Assembly: GCA_951406725.2 (NCBI GenBank)
Contig: OX597816.1
Span: 142,724,001 to 142,788,000 of the forward strand
DNA from: Octopus vulgaris
Lineage: Eukaryota
Length of the DNA: 64,000 bases
Direction: 5' to 3'
Position numbers and translations under genes: made by a program. The notes under the pieces are model-generated. The model did not search any database. It was not told the DNA's origin and saw only the letters and a list, made by a program, of their open reading frames with translations. Shown piece after piece: positions 53,041 to 64,000 of the stretch (position 1 is the stretch's first letter; every line of letters begins with the position of its first letter).

Positions 53041-54947
53041 AATATAGCAGGAAATTTCTGTTCCTAGAAATGAGAGATGGATAAATCCCACACTATTTTA
53101 CAAACCTCAGTTAAGCTTACTGGAAATATCCACTCCACCTCCCAATGTACATTACTATTGGCTTGTTTATTGGTTGGTTGACTGACAATGTTTAAAGGTG
53201 CTTGTCTGCAAATATATTTAGTTTAACAATTTATCCAAATATCCAAAATTGAAGAGCTACTCATTAAAAAGTATAAGCAAATTGGATGCAGAAAAAAATC
53301 CCATTAAAAATGATGATGATAATAATGCAGATGATGATAATAAAGAAAACTGTGTGTGGCCAGGAGAGGGGGTAATGTATGTTCAATCCTTTTATGATGC
53401 TTTTGTTGTCTATTATCTCTTCCATCTGAGAAGATATCTCTAATACTGAACAATTACTGGCAATTAATTGGTTTTACCAAACATATACATCATTGTGTTA
53501 TTCTGATTTATTGCACACACACACGCACACTTTCAATTTAAGCATGTATTGATTAGTCTAAATGTTTGTGTATTAACACCTTTACTATATTCATACAGTA
53601 TACATTTACTGTATGTTAGTATGCGTGTAGTAAACTAAAACTGACATAGAATACTTGTCAAATATGTTATACATTTATTTATTAATTGCTAATCATCTGT
53701 CTCTGCTTTTTTTTTTTTTAATTTAAGGCAATTTGTATGTTGATAATATCAATATTTTAATTATGCTCAGCTGTTTATTGTATAATTTCTAACATTTCAC
53801 TTCAATAGCAAAAAGTCAAACAACCAAAGACAAAATTAATGATATAGTAGTGTATAGGTTTTGTACATTGTTAGAACCTGAGATATTATATATTCAGGAA
53901 CAATAACTGTAGGATTTTGGAAATGATTAATACTGATTGGAATTGAAGCATTTGATATCTTCTTTTGCAATTTCTGATGATTTCTTATGGTAACCTAATA
54001 CATAACATTGCTAAAACAGCATCACAAAGGTTAGGACTCCACTTCAGAGCCATGAAATACTTCAAACCCAATTAGTTTCTGACTTTCAATAAGACTCAGG
54101 AAAGACTCCTGACTGGAGTATTGCTCACATTTATGGGATAATATTGCTGCTATGTATATAGAAATCATTGACTTCATCCAGTAGTTTCCCTCACTAACAC
54201 ACTTTGGCCACCAGTGCACAAACATAGTTTCCTTTCTCTGCTTCTTTTATTACTACTACAATCACCTCCACTTCTCTGAAGTATTTATCAGCATACCCCC
54301 TGTTACAAAGTCTGACTTTTGCATACATATATACTTTATGCATTGCACTTATATATTTACATAATCCACTTCCTTGGTTACTCTTCTGTGTTGTAGCCAC
54401 TATGGTTTCCAGTGATGATTGTATTATATAATGATTAATGTGCTATTATATATTGTGCAGTAACTGCTGCTATCTGCAGTAAATTCTCTACTGTGTAGTG
54501 GCTAATATACTTTTCAGGTACCTACAGTGATAGATGCAGTAACCACTGTACTCTATCCTGCTCTAATAAACTGGAAAATTAGTCAAGAATTTTGCAGTTC
54601 CTATCCTGGCTTTAGGATTGCATTGTGACTATATACAAAAGACTTTGAGTCTCCCTAGCTCTAAATAGGTATTTCAGGTTGGTGTAATTCACTATTGTAA
54701 GCAGTGGCAGCACTATCAAAATGATAAGTATTTTATTATTCTACTATCCTAAATTCTAGTCTTGTAGTCATGTTGAAAGGATTGAGGAAACTACACCTTT
54801 GAGCTTCTACACAAAGACTGGCTTCTGTGTTGACCCTTCAGTGTCAACACTACAAGACCAATTGTCAAACCTGATGTACAGTTCTAAGAGACCAGTTATA
54901 TTTTGTTTGCTCAGTTGCATTAAGTAATTAGATTTTATTGTAATCAT

Positions 54948-55131
54948 TTGCCAGTGACATGTAAAAAAAACACCCAGTACACTCTAAAGTGGTTGGCATT
55001 AGGAAGGGCATCCAGCTGTAGAAACCATACTAAAATGGATGACTGGAGCCTAGTGCTGCTCTCTGGCTTACCAGTTCCAGTCAAACCATCAAAACCATGT
55101 CAGCATGGAAAACACATTGAATGATGATGAT
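54948..55131 (+). mobile_element. RTE 3'-tail copy (similar copies at about 8340-8528, 35375-35584, 37665-37811, 47385-47555, and 60855-60992 on the minus strand)
   Basis: Shared gtggttggcattaggaagggcatccagctgtagaaacc...gcatggaaa...gatgatgat sequence. Confidence 0.8.
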
Positions 55132-55650
55132 TTGACAAAATTAAAACCGCTTTAATTGTTGTTGTTTAACTTCTGAGCAAATTCTATAATAAAGTGTTCC
55201 AGCTACAAACCATACATCTATTTTACATGTATAATGTATCCAGGACTGCATTATCCATGGTATGATTTGAGGAAAGTTTGGTTGCTATTTCTAGCAGGTT
55301 GACTAACTATAGTTGTTTAAGATAGAAACTGAATGAAGCTAATGAAAGGGCTTTTATGTAACTGTTCTGTCTGCTTGAAATAGCAACCAATTCTTAAAAT
55401 CATGTTCTACCAGCTTAAAAGATTATATTAGATAATGTTGCCTTATATACACAATGTTTGTACTAAAATATGGGATGGTCATAGCTGGAATGCCTTTGAT
55501 CATAGTCCTGCTTGATCAGTTCTATCTTGAGACTAAAGAACAACAACCACTACAGAAGCTATCTTATGTCTTTAGTATTCAATGTATCTTGTGGCTTTGG
55601 TTGGTTTATTTTAAACTGTTATATTAATAAATTGTTTTCTTTTCTTCTAG

Positions 55651-55711
55651 TTCTTTGGGTTTATAATTTCCTGCATCACAATCTACATGTACACAGAAGA
55701 AGATGAGAGCT
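55651..55711 (+). CDS. NKAIN: NKAIN coding exon FFGFIISCITIYMYTEEDES, spliced form ending at a phase-1 donor
   Basis: Strong acceptor ttttcttttcttctag, in frame with the previous exon. Matches the NKAIN last-TM motif xxGFxxACxxxxxxTEEEDS. gtaagt at 55712 gives a 61-bp exon, at the position I recall for vertebrate NKAIN genes. Confidence 0.9.
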
Positions 55712-55875
55712 GTAAGTACATAACAACTACTAGCACTTACACTCGCCCTAAAGACCGTGACAGCGGTGCCAAGTATCAGCCTGTACAGCTCCGGGACAGC
55801 TGGGCACTCCCCACCTATGTGTCCTACACGGAGAGCCTGGATTGGTCCTCCTCTGCTCAGTCGTCATCAGTTTGA
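55651..55875 (+). CDS. NKAIN: Read-through / terminal-exon form of the same NKAIN exon, adding CKYITTTSTYTRPKDRDSGAKYQPVQLRDSWALPTYVSYTESLDWSSSAQSSSV*
   Basis: Frame stays open for 54 codons past EEDES to TGA at 55873-55875. The segment is richer in GC and CpG than the flanking intron-like DNA and is followed by a long, largely TE-poor UTR-like region. Confidence 0.65.
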   Translation, partial: FFGFIISCITIYMYTEEDESCKYITTTSTYTRPKDRDSGAKYQPVQLRDSWALPTYVSYTESLDWSSSAQSSSV

Positions 55876-56772
55876 CTGCTACCTGCTCACCTGTGGCTCT
55901 TTTTCCGTCCAACCACCACCCTGACTTCTCTTACTACTACTGCTACTACTACTACTACTACCTTAGATTGCGGCTTGCCATCCCTGCAGCCTCAGGTGCG
56001 TGACATTTCACTGCAGCATTAGTCTTCCTAGACCCAATTCTTAATGGTCACAACATAACCAGTTGGTTGTGTTAATGTTGTACACCAGTCATTTAAATAT
56101 TGTACACTCTTTTATTTTTTATGCCCACCCCAATAGCATTGGTCATTAGATTTTTCTTATGACAATGCTATCTAACCTTTGGATTAACTTGCTAGGTCTC
56201 CCATTAGACTATCCTTATTCCAGGGTTTTTCTCTAAGTAGGGTTCTTTTTTTTTCATTTGCGCACTTAAAATTTTATTTACTTATCCCCCTTTTTTTAAT
56301 TTTAAAAAGATTCTTTTTGGCTTTTTCACTAAAATATGCTTAATCTATAATATCTTCATGATTATATCATCTCAAAATTGTATCTTAAGTTTATTTCCTC
56401 AAAGATGATAGTAAAATTACATTTTTTCAAAAGGTAGCTATCCTTAAGAAAAACTATACCTCCTTACATTTAAGTACATTTTATAGAAACGAAGGGATAC
56501 TCAAGGTATTTGTAAGGTTTTAATATTCGAGTAAGACTTTAAATTATTTAAAGTATTTTTCATTTACTTCTTCAAGTAAATATGTTTGGTTTGTGGTTTT
56601 GGAAGACTGGTCTATAAATAATGTCATAAAATAGCCCTGCAGGTTACAAAAAAAAAAAAGAGAAAAAGGTTTTAACCTTTACTCATGTTGTGGTAGCACT
56701 TGTATGCTGTTGGCTCTTAATCTATTGTTGCTAATAATAGAAACCCAAATGACAATGACAAAGAGCAAGCAA

Positions 56773-56774
<2 letters not shown>

Positions 56775-56840
<66 letters not shown>
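56775..56840. repeat. (CT)n microsatellite
   Basis: Directly visible. Confidence 0.95.
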
Positions 56841-56842
<2 letters not shown>

Positions 56843-59780
56843 CCTATTTCTCTCACTCAATTTAAAGCATTTTTGTTATTGTTGTAGATTTTGGCAGGGT
56901 TATATTTTTAGTATTAATATTTAGATATTTAAAAAATTGTCACATTAATGACTCATGTCTAATTTTGTTCAATGTTTTCTCCAAAAATTACTCCATCATC
57001 TGTCAAGTAGTACCTTCTTAGTCAATGGAATGTCATTATTAGTTCAGCCCTTCAGATAAGCCAGCATAATAACAAAATCTCAGTAACTATTATTATTTTC
57101 ATTACAATAGCACATTAGGGAAATAACATGTATTGAATAGAAAAAAGAATGAACCCTTCCTTACTTTCTCCTTCCCCATCAGGCCATTTTATTCCTTTAT
57201 TTTAATTCTTTTATTATTGCCTTGCCAAAGAAATTTTTGAAGCAGATATATTATTTATAAAGAAATGAATTAATGAAGCATCAGATGTGTTATCCCTTAC
57301 CCCTTAGTGCAAAATACAAAGACATCAAGCCCAGATAGACTTACAAATTTTAATATAATTGTTATCATTTAAGCATCTCTACCATTACATATAATCTCTG
57401 ATTCCTTGACAGCTAAAGTGGTATTTTTCATTAAATTCTGCATATGCTTATTCATACTAATCATAAAATTAGGTCAATGAAATTGGCAGAAGTGACTAGA
57501 TCACCACACTAAATTCCTTATACTATTTAATTTCTTCAATTTACATTCAGATATGTTTAGTCCTAGGCAAGACCTGAACATGCAACCCCTGTGATCGAAA
57601 GCATTCCAATCATAATTCCAATCTTGCTTTCAGATAGTATTTGTACTATATTATCTACTGTATACTTTAAGTTAGCAGGGTGTGACTTGAGGGAGGTTCA
57701 ACTGCTATTTCTTTCTGCCTAGTACCTCCATATAGTGGCTCCTTTGTTTGCCTTGCCTATATTCTTAGTTTTAAATCCTACCAAAAGTAACTTTGACTTT
57801 TATCCTCCCTAGATTTATTTAAAAAGTGATAGTAATATCCTGCTTTAAATCAATTGCCTATACATTTCCCCTGCAAAAGATTATACTTGGGCCTAGTCAA
57901 AAACATAACTTTTAATTTTAAAACATTTTTTAGTCTCTCCACCCTGTCAGCTTTTCTACTTTCTAATTTTCCCTTAGAGACGCTAAGCTGAGTTCGTCAA
58001 GTTAATGGGTCAACAGTCTGTTATTTTACCTTTACCACACTATGTCCCTAGAAAATATTTTTAACTCTCAATGGCCTAGACTAATTCATTATCAATAGGT
58101 GCCATGGGAACATAAGATACACATCTCGGTGATGGAGTTTGTAGGTTTTGTTACTTTGTGCTAAGTCCAATTCCTTGTGGATTACTAAAGATATGATAGA
58201 TATTTCTCTTGAAGTCAACTGGGTTAATCACTCACTGTTAGTGTTTCTGATTGTCTGTATAACACACAGCAGATAAATGAAATATCAGATTGACTGACTC
58301 ACAATATTAGCAACATTGTTTCTAAAAGTAAAAGGAAGATATTAGAGTAATATCCTAAACTTTGATTGAGATTTTATCAATTACATTCAAAGTATGTTAT
58401 AACGATAAATATTTTTAAAATGTTTTGGACTATTAACATCATATTTCATAGCTTTAGTTCTCAATATAGCTTTGTTTCAATTAGTCCTATCTTTGTGTCA
58501 TAAGATCATTACTGATTAGTTAATCAGTAATTATATTTAAAATCATTGTTCACTAATGTGCAAATTTTTGTTATATAGCCCATGCCAGCAAGGAAAACAG
58601 ATGTTAAACGATGATGAGATATATATTGTACCAAACAGTAACCTTTAAATTAAACATGATAGAATTTTTTAGAAATTAAATAAGTCATATGTGTCATCCA
58701 CCCACATTAAATTAATTAGTAAATTAATTTGTATTAGCATATTTAATGTTGAAAATATTAACAAAACCACTAAAACCGAATATGCGTGAAGGAAAGAAAC
58801 ATTAGTCAATGACTAACATTATTCTTGCACTTGCTAGAAAAATGAAAATTCTTCATGCATTAAATATGTTAAAACTAAATTATTTATTCTTTGAAATTTT
58901 GTTAAACATCCTATACATAGTAGAAAATTACAAATGGCCATTTTGGTAGGCTATAACCCTAACAGCCTGACAAAAACATAAATGGTAGTAGTTCATATCC
59001 TGTCATTGGTACTGCACTGTCCAGAACCAAGACACTTGATTCTTGTTGACCAGATCCACCTATATCCAAACATGCTGCAGGTTATGTAATTCACCATTGT
59101 AAGTATCAGCTGTACTATTCAATTAGTGAGTGGTTTACTGGCTTGAAAAACTTGAGATTTTTCCTGGTGAGGAAAGCCATCTGGAATAATTCAGTATCTC
59201 ACACAAAGAAAAGTTCACCTCTTGTCTGCTTAACGCTACAAAAAAATGTAGTTATACTTCATCTCTATGGATCTTTGATTTCATAAAAATTAATATCTTG
59301 AAGATTCCAAGAGCACAAAAATAACCATTTCATAGTAAATTATGAAAATTTCTTCCTTCTATAAAGCTGCTTCTTGCATCTGTTGGTTATAAATCATCTT
59401 AGATTATATAGTAATTGTTTTCTAGTAACAGTATAGTAGATACTCTTTAGTGTAATCAATAACGTTGTCAACCAGCAAATTATAAGCATTCTTATATTGT
59501 CTAATGTACACTTGTTGATCTTACTTAAATCAAATGATGTTACTAATGACAAACATTTCAGAGACTACTGTAGAGCAGTATCTACCAACAAATTAAATCT
59601 TCAGCCTAGTGTTTTATTTCTAGTTGTAGCCATCAGAATCTTTGAGATGGTTGACACCTTTCATTTGCACTAGACTGGCAGAATTGGTAGTGACATTTTT
59701 TAATGACATTCCATTACAGTTTGATTTCAAGTTCTACCAAAGTTAGCTTTGCTTTCCATCCTTCTGTGATTGATAAAATA

Positions 59781-60672
59781 TGAGGTTGTATCATAAAGTT
59801 TCCTGACTAGTTCTGTAGTATGCCAACAGATGGCAGCACACAGTTGAGTGCTCAGTGAGAGCTAGCAGTGACCTTCATGAGACAGTGTGCTGAGTGACAT
59901 CACTGTGTTTACTTTGCAAGTTGTGAAATTTCTGTTTTTCTGATCGCGTGTATGCTGTAGTCTGCGATTTTGTCATGAAGGAACAAAGAGCCAACATGAA
60001 ATTTTGCATTAAACTTGGGAAGTCTGCTACAGAGACATTGAGCATGCTTCAGCAAGTATATGGGGATGAGGCAATGGATCATATGCAATGTTTTGAGTGG
60101 TACAGTTGCTTCAAAAGAAGACAATGAGCAATCTAGAAGACCTGCCAGGAGTGTCACCCCCAGAAATGTGGTATTGTGCATTGAGAATTCATCCCCCTGG
60201 GCCAGACCACCGATCAAGAGTTCTACTGTGACATTTTGAAGTATTTGAGGGAAGACATTTGGTGAAAGCAACCAGATCTGTGAATCTTGAAGAATTGGAT
60301 TCTTCATGACAACAATGCACCCTGTCACCAAGCTCTCCTTACTTGTGAGTTTCTCACCAAAAACAAAATCGTATCACTTCCATACCCACCCTGTTTGTCA
60401 GATTTAGCATCTGCAGACTTCCATCTCTTCTCCAAGATGAAATACAGGTCAAAGGTTGCCATTTCATCACCATTGTTGATATCCAGAGTGAATTGCTGAA
60501 GGTCCTCGACTCATTTACTTCCAGGTTGGATTCCAAAAGTCGCAGGAACACTGGGACCAGTGTATTGCTGCGCAAGGTGACTATTTCAAAAGCGATGATG
60601 CTAAAACTTAGGTAAATAAGTTATTTTTTCATTAAACATAACTAGTCCTGGAACTTTTTGATACCACCCCCA
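59781..60672 (+). mobile_element. Internally deleted mariner element
   Basis: TIRs of about 32 bp (tgaggttgtatcataaagtttcctgactagtt / aactagtcctggaactttttgataccaccccca) with TA flanks. N-terminus MKEQRANMKFCIKLGKSATETL from 59975; C-terminal WILHDNNAPCH...PYPPCLSDLASADFHLF. Confidence 0.88.
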
Positions 60673-61399
60673 TAAATTACCAGTCAAACTAAATCTGTCC
60701 ACACATATTTCTGTCCTAATGCCTATGTACAGAATTATTATTATTGAAGACATTGCACAGAGGTCTAATGGATTTCACAGCAATTTTAGAAAAAAATATA
60801 ATTGAAGGAAACAAAATATTACCTGGAGTAATATTAAGAAGCCTTTGTGCCTCATACATTGTCCATGCTGGCATGGATTGGATGATTTAACTGGAGCTGG
60901 CAAGCTGGAAGGCTGCACCAGGCTCCAGTCTGATTCGGTATGGTTTCTGTGGTTGGATGTCCTTCCTAATACCAACCACTCCAAGAGTATAATGTATGAG
61001 TATAATAATGATAGTGATGATGGTTTCAATTTTTGGTACAAGGCCAACAATTTCAGAGGAAGGGTAAGTTAATTACATTGCCTCTAGTGCTCAACTGGTA
61101 CTTATTTTATCAGCCCTGAAAGGATGTGAGGCAAAGTCAGCCTTGGTAGAATTTGAACTCAGAACACAAAGCTAGAAGAAATGCCAATAAAGAGCTTAGA
61201 GTATACAGACAATGCTTAGGTGCACTACAGCTCATCACAAAATGCTAAAAAATGAGGAGGATAAATAGCAATATGTAAAGAAAGAAAGCAATGTTAGCCA
61301 AAAGTAATGCATAAGATAAAACAAAAGGCAGAAAAGTGATCAGCAAAAGAGTTATAAAGAAAAAGGTGCATAGGCACATCAGGAATAAAACTGGTGAAT

Positions 61400-62050
61400 T
61401 TTGGCACACATGGAAGTTTTGAAAGAACAGCTAACAACAGCCATATATAGCTTTAAATGAGAGCTGGTAAGCAGCTAACAAAGGTCTTACACCTTCAACC
61501 TTTTTGATAATTTTAGAAATGTTGTCCAATACAGATCATTGTTGACAATAATGGCTTACTGATGCTCAACTGCAGACTCCATAAGGTTTGTGTAGTGGAA
61601 GGAGTTGGTAAATAATTCTGGGTTTTCCTTCACAAAATATATACTGGTACACTTGTTTACAACTAGCTTGAATTGCCACTTAGCAATTCATTATTGCATT
61701 GTTTCAAGGAAGACTGCAGGAAGATCTATAACATGGGATCCATTCTTTTTATCATGTGGTTTAGCTTAATGTCTGCAAATTTTAGCACAATAACATATTT
61801 CAAATTGGCATCTATCCTATTGGCTGGTCTGGCTGATGGGTGGTCTGTTTGGTTGCAATTAATAAACATATGCCTAATCTTACTGTGTAAATAGACCTTA
61901 TCATCAAATCTCAGAGCTTTCTTTGCAAAATAAACAAAGGAACAGTTGAAATAGTTTCATTCATTTGGTTATTGCCAACTTATCAAGAGTGTCTACTTCA
62001 TTCTACTCATTAAGATCATTAGACCAAATCATACTGCAGATTGCTGTGAA
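61400..62050 (-). pseudogene. Decayed CR1/L2-type LINE RT fragment
   Basis: Minus-strand remnants LKFAD.KL, KWQFKLVVNKC and IIVNNDL.W in the expected order. Confidence 0.55.
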
Positions 62051-62159
62051 ACTATGCAATTAATAAATAAAAATTACTTTGGCTAGTTTTAATACCTTTG
62101 AGTCCTTTGTTTGTTAACAGCTACTACTAGTGATTGCACTAGCTCCTTAAATGCTTACA

Positions 62160-62190
<31 letters not shown>

Positions 62191-62350
62191 TCTCGGAGTG
62201 GTTGGCGTTAGGAAGGGCATCCAGCTGTAGAAACACTGCCAGATCTGACTGGCCTGGTGCAGCCTTCGGGCTTGCCAGACCCCAGTTGAACCGTCCAACC
62301 CATGCTAGCATGGAAAGCGGACGTTAAACGATGATGATGATGATGATGAT
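62191..62350 (+). mobile_element. Short RTE 3'-tail copy next to (TA)n
   Basis: ggagtggttggcgttaggaagggcatccagc...ccaacccatgctagcatggaaagcggacgttaaacgatgatgat; close match to 33590-33746. Confidence 0.88.
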
Positions 62351-62673
62351 ATATTATTTTTGCAAAGAAAAGTGACTTCATTAAATATGCTGACAAAGAC
62401 AACTAAACTGAAACTTTAGAGTCACTGTCAACCTTACCCCTAAAATTATATATAATACTCAACTTAAAAGTATTGAATGAGCCTTTAATTAAACCACATA
62501 CCCGCGCACACACACACACTTACACTATCTGTTCAGATTATCGATGGATAACTACTTAATATTTCAAAAAGTAATTTGATTTATATTGACAGGCATATGC
62601 TTTGAACTACAAAGGAATGCATGAAGTTCTAAACATAGGTTATATATCATATTCTACACTCTGCACTACACAT

Positions 62674-62715
<42 letters not shown>

Positions 62716-64000
62716 GTATATGTATATATAATTTCCACTGTGATGTCTCACATTTTCACGCTCTTTTTCTTTCCTTTTATGTAAATATATATCTGGGTAC
62801 ATAACAAATAAATACTCACAGAAATACAGGTATAGATAAATAGTTATTGCTAATAGGTATCTGTAGGCAGATATAGAGAGTAAATTAGGTGTAGATAGTT
62901 TCATAGAAATAGATAAATTTCATTAACAGAGATAATATAGTGTATGTCTCAACTAAAAAGAGGGAAAAACAAAAACAAAGGCAAGTTGTTATATTATATA
63001 TTATCTTCATGTTTTATATTGGAACTAACCTCATTCCATTAGTGCTCCATTATTGTTCTAAGATGTCTTAAGGTTGTTTTTTTGTAAGTTTAACAGTTAT
63101 TGTATTTTTATTATCAATTTCTTCCTAAATAGTAATTACTAGTCATTGTATGTCAGAACATGAACAATCTGCTATCATTTTTCTCTTTCTTGCTTGCTTT
63201 TTTTTTTTTTTTTTTTTTTTTTACTCTTTGTTCCAAAAGTATCTTTCACTAGAATAATTACTATGGCAGCAGTTGACAATCCTTGCCATTCGTGACTAAG
63301 CAATCAGAATTCTGAATGAGATGAGAAATACAGAAGATAGACATTGTCAATTCAATCTTTTAAAGGACACAACTACAATTATTGTCAGATACTATGAACA
63401 TAAGTTAGTTGGCACCATTCTAAAGGAATGCAAGGCAGTGGCAGAAGCAGTAATTAATCCAGAAAAGTTTTTGGGTTTGCAACTCAGCACCTGGAGAGGC
63501 AAGTTCTGCATTTTGATATATTGAAGAGACAGGTTGGTTAAGTTCCTTGGGTATAAGGTTTGTTCAAACCTCTGGATAGACAGCAAAAAGAGTGACCTTC
63601 AAGGTTGATAAAAATAAAGATCCAGACAAGTACTGGATCTAATGTAATCAACTTTCCCCCTCCTCTCAAAATTTCTGGTCTTGTACCAAAATTAGAAAGC
63701 ATTATTATTATTGTTATTAAAGCAGTAGATGACTAAATCACTTGAGCACTGGACAGAATATAAAGTATTATGTCTGATTATGTTCTGAGTTCAAATCCTA
63801 TTAGATTCAGTTTTGCTGTTCATTTTTCTAGAATTGATGAATACCAGTTGAGTGCACAGTAGATCTAGTCTAACTTTGTTGTCATGGGCAACAATTGGAA
63901 ATCATTAGAATTACTACTGTTGTTATTGTAGCAGAACATCAGCAGTACTAGTTATTACTAATGTTGTTATTGAGTATACCATCATGAATAGAAGTTATTA

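Noticed and set aside
57930-58010. Candidate next NKAIN exon after the 55712 donor
   Set aside because: The available acceptors give immediate or early stops or unrelated peptides, with no FDFIGG-like sequence.

Overview
AT-rich eukaryotic genomic DNA, dense in microsatellites, SINEs, LINE relics and mariner transposons. The repeat families look like those of an octopus (coleoid cephalopod); this is inferred from memory of the repeat consensus sequences, not from a search. The window lies within one large plus-strand gene encoding an NKAIN (Na+/K+-ATPase-interacting) membrane protein. Three coding exons are visible (10765-10845, 39613-39825, 55651-55711) with canonical, phase-compatible splice sites and introns of about 28.8 kb and 15.8 kb. 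The last exon can read through its donor into an alternative C-terminus ending at 55875. The upstream exons were not found and probably lie outside the window. The introns hold four mariner elements (one nearly intact, DD34D), an RTE LINE lacking its RT domain with a structured tandem array in its 3' UTR, many RTE-tail and SINE copies, decayed CR1/L2 and Penelope-like fragments, and a Helitron-like piece carrying a 28S rRNA fragment. They also hold a pair of hammerhead-ribozyme-like direct repeats and a TSD-flanked foldback element. Nearly all other ORFs in the supplied track are spurious.
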